The notes under the pieces are model-generated. The model did not search any database and was not told the DNA's origin. It saw nothing but the letters and a program-made list of their open reading frames with translations. Shown here one piece after another: positions 56,401-64,000 of a stretch of DNA of 64,000 bases. Origin of the DNA: a virus; IMG/VR virus record IMGVR_UViG_3300027963_000040, one strand, 5' to 3'. Within the stretch, counting starts at the first letter, position 1. Each line of letters opens with the position of its first letter. Position numbers and translations under genes: made by a program.

Positions 56401-57792
56401 TCTAACATCATCAATTTTCTGACCAGCAGACATAGAGATATTGAAAACATAAAGGGAGTATTCAGCGTCGACTCCAGGCACACCAGAGTAATATTCAACG
56501 CCTCGTACGTAAGCTGTACCAATTTTTGTAGAGGAAGAATAAGATGTACTTAGAAACGTCTTTCCGGCTATGGCTGTTTTTGCGACGCTGTGTAATTCGA
56601 CTTGCGCAAGTTGATCATTATTGAAATCGCCAACAAACTGATTTACATTAAAGTAATATCCGAAATTGGAAGTGACAAGCTGATTTGTTAGTGTTACATA
56701 ATCAGTTGCTTTACGTAGGTCGGCTGCATTGTTGTTGATAAACTCTACTCGATAACCCTTGACGTAACCAATACCTGGAGAAGAAATAATACTGAGATAA
56801 GTTGAATTAGCCGTGTTCTCTGTGTAGTTGTATTTTTTGTCAGTGCTCAGAAGAAACGGATTTACAATATAGTCACCGTTCGTTTCAAACGTGCGGCGAG
56901 CTGTATCTTTTGCTATAGCAGCATATTGAGGATCATTCTTAATTGAAACTGGCAAACCATTCTTAAAATCACAAAGCGAAAAGAAAGTTGCCGTATTAGA
57001 TACAGAGTTTGATGCTCTTGAAACCAACATAGGGACGAGCTTTAAACGATGAGCTCCGGGAGCGTCGTAGTTTGGAGAGCCAGCAGCATTATCAAGAAGC
57101 GATGTGTCAATTTCCGGTGTAACGATTTCCTCATCAGCTTCAAATCCGACAGAAACCCCATCAGGTATATTATTGTATCTGTTAACAACCAAAGTTTGAG
57201 GTTCGACGCGAATGAAAAATCCTTTTTTGAAGATTACACCCTCGGTTGTAGTGAAGGCATAACCTTTACCAGTTGAATTTGTAACAGTCGCTACAACTAC
57301 ATTACCAACATTAACAGCGGAGTCAGTTTTGATCTGAACAGTCTCATTGTTGGCGAATACGGTTTGCTGAAATCCATTCGCATACGTTGATGAATTCAAA
57401 TATTTAAGATAAAGCGTATTCAGATTAGGATTTTCTGATTCGTAACCACTCAGAGCGTTTACAACGCGAGCTTGAAGACCGTTTGTGTTAATTGCAATTT
57501 TACCGACGAAATCGTTAATGTTAGAAATAGCGGAGTTGTTTGCATAGTTGTCTTTGATTTTTACGTAATTGTAAGAATTGTCGAATGTGAACGCGCAACC
57601 TTCAACGACAGAACCTTCTTTGAAAATATGACGACCGAACTTGTCAATCTGATCTTGTAGAATAGTCTGCATCTGATTGAGTTCGCGTGCCTGAACAGCC
57701 GAAGCTGGACGATAAAGTACGCGGTAAAAATTCTTTTTTACGTCGTAATCGTCGAAGTAAGGCTTGCGCGAAAGATCTGTGTCTAGTTCCAT
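53500..57792 (-). CDS. large virion structural protein (VrlC/DUF4815-type)
   Basis: PYFDDY...FYRVLYRP...VQARELNQMQ, APGAHRLK, RYTMADI...RLEYYTSLSLLE, RFKNGILVDPF. Confidence 0.8.
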   Translation of the reverse strand: MELDTDLSRKPYFDDYDVKKNFYRVLYRPASAVQARELNQMQTILQDQIDKFGRHIFKEGSVVEGCAFTFDNSYNYVKIKDNYANNSAISNINDFVGKIAINTNGLQARVVNALSGYESENPNLNTLYLKYLNSSTYANGFQQTVFANNETVQIKTDSAVNVGNVVVATVTNSTGKGYAFTTTEGVIFKKGFFIRVEPQTLVVNRYNNIPDGVSVGFEADEEIVTPEIDTSLLDNAAGSPNYDAPGAHRLKLVPMLVSRASNSVSNTATFFSLCDFKNGLPVSIKNDPQYAAIAKDTARRTFETNGDYIVNPFLLSTDKKYNYTENTANSTYLSIISSPGIGYVKGYRVEFINNNAADLRKATDYVTLTNQLVTSNFGYYFNVNQFVGDFNNDQLAQVELHSVAKTAIAGKTFLSTSYSSSTKIGTAYVRGVEYYSGVPGVDAEYSLYVFNISMSAGQKIDDVRSVIYYNGSLKAVADIILDKNFNGNFIAKIQESAGETAIFPFGQKAIRREGFSSTAQYAYRNRANATFLATSGSLSLTLASAVGSGTETFNYGTGYLTESAENTFIVIPVTTGYSNNKTGTVSVSNSSPNVVGSSTTFLTDYGVGDYLYCNTATKLIKSISNNTSMVVDSAFVFVSSGLNHQKTWPAGSPLNFQTSTRTINITSTTTANIALGETANANFDASVYFDILRSGTKPIDKIINKSTYVKIQANTNSGGTTGPWCLGIPDVLKLNSVYVDNSGGTYSTSNPDRVTSFRIDNGQRDSYYGFAYLTTTAPIAPNATLLVSVDNFVASPSQGVGFFNAASYPVDDANTSNTSAIQTYQIPQYTSTIGSLFDLRDSVDFRPYAVNTAVANASSVGSATINPSGTLTLYSYGANGSYLPTPGTNYQSTIQYYLPRKDRISLATSGEILVTEGTPAINPAPPPELPGSMTIGIATVAPYPSLTPAEAKTYNRYDYAVQTSILQTKRYTMADINKINTRIDRLEYYTSLSLLEQATSSLLVRSGDTGQNRFKNGILVDPFKNHSIGNTNDPNYMIAIDETKSEARPYFRQQTIGMKFNPSASTAVIKGYVVMLPHTSNNIIQQQPFASKYLKCTQGEYTYRGTVVLDPPGILDSDITQGPVINSNLDLSSNFINATNSLNSMFGTQYGNWTDYGSAQFVGQQSSDNQIGNSGGNYAAGQLQTWQTNVTTTLSKQQQQINKRFSTAVSDTNVEIGNYVTDVSVQKFVPARQIFFYARGMKPNTRLHVFLDGIALDQDVLPLAPYSGALVPSGGNNFTDAGNLVYISKASGNFQYAGITDWGKALYSNASGNAYGILAIPAGLFKQGELEFRITDISNLTVGEGAVETQCSTKLFCSALSVQKSKTNLQVRSGTINIEEEKQTRTVYQNQVMTDTWQYFDTSIPNPHCPPENEPPNISQISQGFGPPRR

Positions 57793-57806
57793 TCTATCCT
57801 CTTAAA

Positions 57807-60800
57807 CTAAAATTTAATAACAATACGTATTTCTTCTTTGGAAGTCGCCGAACGAGTAACTGGCGTGAAACTTTCAGTATAAATCATTTTTCCAGAATCT
57901 CTAACTAGATCTGGGTTTGTAATCAGTAAGTAATTATTGCAAGTGCCAGCAGCGCCCGAAGTTTGTCCGTTAATAGCGTTCGAACCAGCCTGAAAATTAT
58001 TTACGTCAGATACATCATTCAATACGAGTACTGGATACACCCCAGTAACGTTTGCTGTTGCAGCAACTCCATTATTTATAGTGCGACCCGAGCCGAATGA
58101 CAGGTTTGCGCTTACAGAAGTCAATTTTAAGTAAGTCGAATTCGCAAAAGTGCAAATACCGTTAGCGTTGGTTGTCGTGTCCGTGACTGTTTGACCGATC
58201 GTAAAAGCACCGCTGATTATTGAAATAGACAGATCTTTTTCGTCGGTCGCTGAAACGATTCTACCACTAGCCATCGAAATATCTTGCTGAACATACTCGT
58301 TTTTAGAGAACGCGCCAGTATTCGCAGTGAGAGTTACTCTCGCAGTTTGATTGAAACGATTACCGAAATTCGAAGATACATCGATAGTTCCGTTTGAAGC
58401 GTAGATACTAGAAACCGTAGCGTAAGCATTTACGATGGCGTCGTACATAACATCGCCAGTAGCAAACTGACCAACAACGTTGCTCATGAAGTATACAGTA
58501 TTGCTTATTACTGAAGTGATTACACCAACAGAGCCTGAATTCGATTGCGTAATGATCTCAGCCGAGTTTCCGACAGGGAAGTAGATTGTATTAGCGGTAA
58601 CAACATTTGACGTTGTGTTCGAATAATAACCTTGAACTGTGTTAGAAATATTGAACGTTCCCTTTACATTCTTTAATTGAAGGAACGTAGAGTTACCATA
58701 TACAACAATTCCTGCAGCATTTGTACTTGACTGTAAAGCGACCTCGCCATTCGCCCAAGTTCCAGAAGTGCTGTTTAAAGTCAAATTAACACGATCAAAA
58801 TCGGTAAGAGTTATTTTAATGTCTCTGAATTGTGGATTTTGTAAGATACCTACTTTTCTGTAAGAACCATAGCCAAGGATCTTATAGCTCTCGTTTGTAA
58901 TTGTGTCAAACTTAGCGTCAACCCCAACGTATCTTCCGCCTAGTTCGGTTACAGAATCGTATCCATGCCCGTACAATGGAGAGATAATTGCTCTGGCTTT
59001 AGCTCCGATACCGTAGTTTGTGTTGGCGTAAATTGAAACGTTAGCTTGAGTGTATCCGGTGCCTGGATTTACAATGTTAATACCAACAACGTCGTAGCTA
59101 GAATTAGCTGCAGTGTTGACAACAGCAATAGCAATGGCATTCGAACCATCTCCAGTTATGCTTACGGTCGGTCCGATCTGATATTCGGTCTGATCGTTCG
59201 GGAGGTTTAATTGAGAGACTAGAGTCGCATTACCACTCGACGCGCTGTTCGCTGTCGTTTTAAAAAATACTGGGTAACCGAGTTTAAACGTTCCGTTGGG
59301 CTTGTTGATTGTAATATTCGGATTACTTTGCACAGACACAATCTGCGAAAGCTGTAGCGAAGATTCTCCATTTACGTAAAATTGAGTTCCTCCGCTGTTA
59401 GCCTGCCAGGATCCCGATACGCTCGATAAGATTACAGTCGAAGAGTTTGAATACGCGATAATTGCATTTGCGCCTTGGTTAACAAGACCGGAATTGGTCA
59501 TATTAACTTTCTCACCCACGGAGAAATACACTCCAGCAATAGAAGAATTTGTAATAGAAACCTGCACAGAAGTTAGGTTAGTGTTCGAAACGTACCCATT
59601 CGTTCTTTTAATTACAATAGATGCAGGCTGCGCCGCTACATTCATTTTATAGTGAGAATTGTTAGAGGCTGTAAAGGAAACACCAAAAGGTAGATCTGTA
59701 ATCAAAACAGTGGTGTTTACGTTGTTTGCAACCCTACGAATATTACTTACTGTATTAGCACCAACTCGAATATATTCTCCGTTCGCATAACCATTAGCTG
59801 AATCATTCAGCTGAGTTCCGTATCCGCGAACAATCTGATTGTCACAATACATAATAGCTGTAGCGGTCTGACCTTGAAGAGTATGCCCAGTTGAACCTAC
59901 ACCTTTGGTTAAAGCTATGCGGGAACCTGTTGCAGTTGCTTTTAGAGCAACAACAGTTGAGTTTGCAAATTCAATATAATAAGTTGTACCAGATGTAAGA
60001 CCGGCTATTGCCGTATTACCAGCAGAAACTGTATAGGTAATTAGATCGTTGGCAGTATAAAAAGCTGTGGCAGAAGCTACGTTTGCGACCAAATAAGTTA
60101 CGGTCGTATTACCAGTAGCTGTTCCACCGGTTGAGTTAGTGATAGCTATATTTGATACTGGAATAGTTCCAGATAAATCAAAACCTACTCCAGTATTCGC
60201 GATTGTAAACGCGAGACTACCACCTGTTGAGTTTGTCGTAAAAGTGACAGTGGCATTGGTTGTTGCCGATTTAACTGTTATGATATCATTATTGTTATAC
60301 CCAAGAGCGATTCCTCCAGACAAAGAAATATTGTCTAAACGAGTAAGATTAATAACGTTATTTGAACCACCACCAGTTCCAGCAGTGACCGCAGTGTTAG
60401 AGTTGAATGTCTGAGCAGCAGGAGCGGATATTGTAAGAGTTGGAGCTACGAAATAAGAATTACCCACAGCTGTAATATTGATAGCTGAAATCTTACCACT
60501 AGCATTAGCCTGAGCATTAGCAGTTGCTCCGGATCCAGTTCCATTGGCTGTGATTGTTACTGTAGCGTTAGCTGTATAACCGGAACCAGCAGTTGTAACA
60601 AAAGCAATATTACAAGATCCAACGTTACCGACAGAGACGTTTCCGGTCTTTAAGGTTCCTGAGTACGCTGCGTCAACGATTGGAAACCCATTCTGGAAAA
60701 GTGTGTTCGCTGCATATCTTGTTATCTGCACGACAGAACTATTGGTTGCTAATACCTTACCAGAAACGCCGGTATCAGACTGCGACACCGTAGAATTAGA

Positions 60801-61706
60801 ATTAAAGTAGCCTTGCGCATACAAGTAATTAACTTCATCCACAGGCTGTTCGATGAAATATCCCGTCGCGACAGTTCCAGACACATCGGCGAGATCTAGT
60901 CTTGTGTAAGTATCAAACGGTTCGTTTACGTATATCTGCTTTGAAGTTCCATTAGACGAAGAAATTTCGCGAATCTGACCTGCTCCGAACCCTGATTTTA
61001 AATATATCGAAGATTTTACATAATAATCGTCTGTGTTAGAAGACGATTGAGGAAGCTGAATTACGTAATTACCGACCGTTCCGCCGATATAGCCAGTTTC
61101 ATAAACGAAGTAACTATTTCCTCCATCGGTAATTTTAATAACATCAATAGAACCCGGAGTTGTGTTTCCTTGAACAGCAGCGTTCGTGCTAACTGGAATA
61201 TAATTTGCGGTTGTGAATTTAGAGTTTGATGATGCGTCGATCGTATACATGTATTTCCAGACGTAACCATCGCCAGTTTTAAACGTCCCGGAAGTGGACG
61301 TAAGAGTTGGTTTTACGTAGGATGTAGTGCCGTTGTTATTGTCGATACACTTATACACTTCGTATTTGTCGGTTACAACGTAGAATTTTTTTGAATAGAG
61401 ATCGGTAACCGTCTGATCGTAAACGTCGTACTTGGTGTTGATAACCCAGTCGTAACGCGGAATCAAATTACTAACGTCTGAATCAGTAAGAAGTTTACCG
61501 TAAAGCAGATCGTCATATACGGTTTGTTCCACCTGAGCAACCGAATTGTTAGTTCCTAATACTGCATAATCGTCATCACCACCAGAGCTGTTAGCCCAAG
61601 GTTGTGGTCTAGACGCAAACATGTAATAACCATTTCTGTTATTACGAATGTCAGTGATGAAACCGTTTGCCTGATTTATGTAATGGTTAATCGTAAGTGT
61701 TGCCAT
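57807..61706 (-). CDS. gp8: baseplate wedge subunit, gp8-like with large insertions
   Basis: VYKCIDNN, DGYVWKYMY, ISPLYGHG, SGKMIY...RSATSKEEIRIVIKF. Confidence 0.8.
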   Translation of the reverse strand: MATLTINHYINQANGFITDIRNNRNGYYMFASRPQPWANSSGGDDDYAVLGTNNSVAQVEQTVYDDLLYGKLLTDSDVSNLIPRYDWVINTKYDVYDQTVTDLYSKKFYVVTDKYEVYKCIDNNNGTTSYVKPTLTSTSGTFKTGDGYVWKYMYTIDASSNSKFTTANYIPVSTNAAVQGNTTPGSIDVIKITDGGNSYFVYETGYIGGTVGNYVIQLPQSSSNTDDYYVKSSIYLKSGFGAGQIREISSSNGTSKQIYVNEPFDTYTRLDLADVSGTVATGYFIEQPVDEVNYLYAQGYFNSNSTVSQSDTGVSGKVLATNSSVVQITRYAANTLFQNGFPIVDAAYSGTLKTGNVSVGNVGSCNIAFVTTAGSGYTANATVTITANGTGSGATANAQANASGKISAINITAVGNSYFVAPTLTISAPAAQTFNSNTAVTAGTGGGSNNVINLTRLDNISLSGGIALGYNNNDIITVKSATTNATVTFTTNSTGGSLAFTIANTGVGFDLSGTIPVSNIAITNSTGGTATGNTTVTYLVANVASATAFYTANDLITYTVSAGNTAIAGLTSGTTYYIEFANSTVVALKATATGSRIALTKGVGSTGHTLQGQTATAIMYCDNQIVRGYGTQLNDSANGYANGEYIRVGANTVSNIRRVANNVNTTVLITDLPFGVSFTASNNSHYKMNVAAQPASIVIKRTNGYVSNTNLTSVQVSITNSSIAGVYFSVGEKVNMTNSGLVNQGANAIIAYSNSSTVILSSVSGSWQANSGGTQFYVNGESSLQLSQIVSVQSNPNITINKPNGTFKLGYPVFFKTTANSASSGNATLVSQLNLPNDQTEYQIGPTVSITGDGSNAIAIAVVNTAANSSYDVVGINIVNPGTGYTQANVSIYANTNYGIGAKARAIISPLYGHGYDSVTELGGRYVGVDAKFDTITNESYKILGYGSYRKVGILQNPQFRDIKITLTDFDRVNLTLNSTSGTWANGEVALQSSTNAAGIVVYGNSTFLQLKNVKGTFNISNTVQGYYSNTTSNVVTANTIYFPVGNSAEIITQSNSGSVGVITSVISNTVYFMSNVVGQFATGDVMYDAIVNAYATVSSIYASNGTIDVSSNFGNRFNQTARVTLTANTGAFSKNEYVQQDISMASGRIVSATDEKDLSISIISGAFTIGQTVTDTTTNANGICTFANSTYLKLTSVSANLSFGSGRTINNGVAATANVTGVYPVLVLNDVSDVNNFQAGSNAINGQTSGAAGTCNNYLLITNPDLVRDSGKMIYTESFTPVTRSATSKEEIRIVIKF

Positions 61707-61738
61707 TAGTTCGCCCAATTACCTTTATGCTATTTATT

Positions 61739-63970
61739 TTAAGAATAAGCGCGAATTTCGATAATGTCACCAAGAGCAGCTGCCGAATTCAACGCTACTG
61801 AAACCCCATTTGTTGCAGTAAATTCAGAATTTGATAATTTGATACCCTTGAACTCATGAATTTCTCCAGCTCCAGTTCTTGTTTCCAAAATATTTGCATT
61901 GGTTCCTCCTATAGTGGTTGACAGCGCAATCGAGCTCGAATTTGCAAATGTAACGTAGTAGTATGTATTGCCTGTTAAATTAGAAATTGCCGTATTACCG
62001 ACAGGAACGCTATAGTAAATCGGATCATTCACATCGATGTAAGTGTTTGCATTCGTAACTGATAATACATCTGCGGTATTATTTGCATATGATGTGTTCG
62101 CTATAATTTTATAATTTCGGTAGACATCTAAATTACCAGCTGTATAACCAGTTTGTGGAGTAAACAAAGTCTGATTGGCTGAAGCGACGAATATATCGTA
62201 TTTTGTTTTTATAAAAGCTTCTGCTTCAGATTGCTCGGACGTAAATTCATTTTTTAATCTGAAACTTCCAAACAAAGCAATACCGGATGGGTGTATCAAA
62301 TCCTCGACGATGGTTTTGTATACGTTCAACATTCTGTTAACTAAAATATCGTACGAGAAATCTTGATAGTAATAGCTATCTTGTATTTTCATAATATCGC
62401 TTACGAATCCTTTATTGCTTCTCCAGTAACCAGTTCCTTTTCCTTCCGTGTCGATAACAGCTGCACCCGTCACAACAACTCCTTGATTTACAGGCGTCGA
62501 AAGGAAAACCGTGTCTCCGGGAGAGAAACCGAAACCAGAATCAACAACTTCTACAGCCGTAGCCACACCTTGAGAATTAGCAACAGTTGAAGTGATTAAA
62601 GCATCTCGACCTTTGATTCCGCCGAATCCATCCGGATATCTTTGACTGGCGACTTTAGGTTCCAGTACATTGATATACGGATTTGAAGAATAACCAACTC
62701 CGGGATTAATCTGAGATAGGAATGCAATGGTGCCGGCTTCAATAGTCTCGAACGATAACGTATCGTTAATTACAGAGTTTAAATTAGCCACAGGATTTTT
62801 TGGAGCAAAAGACCAATTGGCATTCAAATTTGCGTTAAGATAATTGTTTATGTAATCCGTATTAACATATAAAATTTCTTTGTTAACGAGACCGCCAACT
62901 TTAAATGTCGCTCCTGTTCCACCACCACCAATGACGCTCAAGACAGTTCCTGAAGCGCCATTCGAGTTGGTTACTGTATCACCAACGTAAAAATTTAGAT
63001 TAGAACTAAAATTGATCATCTGAACGAACGTTGTGTTAGAAAACGTGATAGTGCCATTCGCTGCAGTGTTCGAACTAACTAGCTTATCTCCAATCGCAAA
63101 AGACCCAATCGTATTTGAAACATTTAAATATAGAGACGTCGCGACTGTCACTACTGCATTAACACTGTAACCGCTACCGCCGTCAATCAGGTTGAACTGA
63201 ACCTTACCATTCTCGTCTCTTATACCTGCGATTCTAGCCTTACCATTAACGCCTGTTCCGGATATATCTACCAAATCGCCTTTTTTGAACCCCAAACCGC
63301 CATTTTCAATAGCAACTGCAGTAAGCGAACCAAGAATTACAGGAGCATTATTTAAATTTATTTCAGGAACTGATTCAGAAAGAATTCTCTCTCCGTATTT
63401 GAATCTACCGTCAATCGTTGAAAGATAAAGCACATGCATAAAACGATTGTTAACGATTTTTTGATTAACTGATTCAACAACAGCAGTCGCGTTTCGGCTA
63501 CTATTGTAAATTTGTTTACCAATCAATTTTTCCAAGTATTTACTGTCAGACACTTCAATGTATCTTGGAATGACCCATTCGCCATCTGATGGTTTAAAAA
63601 GAAAATCACCGGGAATGTATATTTCAATTGATTCATTATAAAGAATTCTGAACAGCAACTCGTACGCGCGCGGAGTTCCTTTTGATCTGTAAAGATCAAG
63701 AATATGCTTGACGAGTAGTCGTTTGTCCGCTATAATAGACTCTGGAAGTGATTGAAGATAAGTATTCTTAAAGTACTTAACGAAGTTTGCTTCCGTTGAA
63801 TCAACGTCGACATAGTCAAGTAGAGACCTAGAGTGATACAGAGCATTACCGGGTGATTCGAGCCACTCATAATACGCTTTCACGAACGCAATGAAGTTCG
63901 GACCTTCTTCTTTATAAAAAGCAGGAAACTGCTGGGGAATGAAAGGGGATACAAGCTTCTCAATAGACAT
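61739..63970 (-). CDS. gp7: baseplate wedge subunit, gp7-like
   Basis: FIAFVKAYYEWLE, LYRSKGT, IQDSYYYQDFSY, HPSGIALFG. Confidence 0.75.
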   Translation of the reverse strand: MSIEKLVSPFIPQQFPAFYKEEGPNFIAFVKAYYEWLESPGNALYHSRSLLDYVDVDSTEANFVKYFKNTYLQSLPESIIADKRLLVKHILDLYRSKGTPRAYELLFRILYNESIEIYIPGDFLFKPSDGEWVIPRYIEVSDSKYLEKLIGKQIYNSSRNATAVVESVNQKIVNNRFMHVLYLSTIDGRFKYGERILSESVPEINLNNAPVILGSLTAVAIENGGLGFKKGDLVDISGTGVNGKARIAGIRDENGKVQFNLIDGGSGYSVNAVVTVATSLYLNVSNTIGSFAIGDKLVSSNTAANGTITFSNTTFVQMINFSSNLNFYVGDTVTNSNGASGTVLSVIGGGGTGATFKVGGLVNKEILYVNTDYINNYLNANLNANWSFAPKNPVANLNSVINDTLSFETIEAGTIAFLSQINPGVGYSSNPYINVLEPKVASQRYPDGFGGIKGRDALITSTVANSQGVATAVEVVDSGFGFSPGDTVFLSTPVNQGVVVTGAAVIDTEGKGTGYWRSNKGFVSDIMKIQDSYYYQDFSYDILVNRMLNVYKTIVEDLIHPSGIALFGSFRLKNEFTSEQSEAEAFIKTKYDIFVASANQTLFTPQTGYTAGNLDVYRNYKIIANTSYANNTADVLSVTNANTYIDVNDPIYYSVPVGNTAISNLTGNTYYYVTFANSSSIALSTTIGGTNANILETRTGAGEIHEFKGIKLSNSEFTATNGVSVALNSAAALGDIIEIRAYS

Positions 63971-64000
63971 TAAATTGGCACTACCGTAATGTTTAGATTA
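63970..64000 (-). CDS. 3' end of upstream gene, probably gp6
   Basis: ...NLNITVVPI* overlapping the next ATG (TAATG); assignment by synteny only. Confidence 0.4.
   Translation of the reverse strand, partial: NLNITVVPI

Noticed and set aside
4125-62590. Numerous 60-200 aa ORFs nested in or antisense to core genes (e.g. 20451-21062, 31471-32043, 38984-39487)
   Set aside because: They overlap well-supported genes and show no recognisable motifs or expression signals; treated as shadow ORFs.
1-64000. Stop-codon reassignment, inteins, tRNA genes
   Set aside because: Core genes are full length under the standard code and of normal size; no intein motifs or cloverleafs were recognised by eye.

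Overview
A 64-kb segment of a T4-like (T4 superfamily) myovirus genome, with nearly all genes on the minus strand. From left to right: (1) an early region of tiny genes, each with its own sigma70-type promoter, two long palindromes and a divergent control region; (2) the replication and recombination block (regA, gp62/44/45, gp46/47, gp55, uvsW/Y), which contains a TET/JBP dioxygenase plus glycosyltransferase DNA-modification cluster and an apparently inactive peptide deformylase; (3) head, tail and packaging genes gp3 and gp23-gp13, with two free-standing GIY-YIG homing endonucleases; (4) a long tail-fibre and baseplate block. The best candidate for an undescribed system is at 33.8-39.3 kb. 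There, two paralogous Asn-Cys-repeat proteins sit directly behind a peptidase-S74 tail fibre and are followed by a radical SAM/SPASM enzyme and a GNAT. Two Asp/Asn beta-hydroxylase-like 2OG-Fe(II) enzymes lie convergently on the plus strand. This looks like RiPP-type maturation machinery, possibly acting on virion fibre-tip proteins. All family assignments come from motifs recognised by eye and from synteny; no searches were run. No tRNA, rRNA or CRISPR array was seen.
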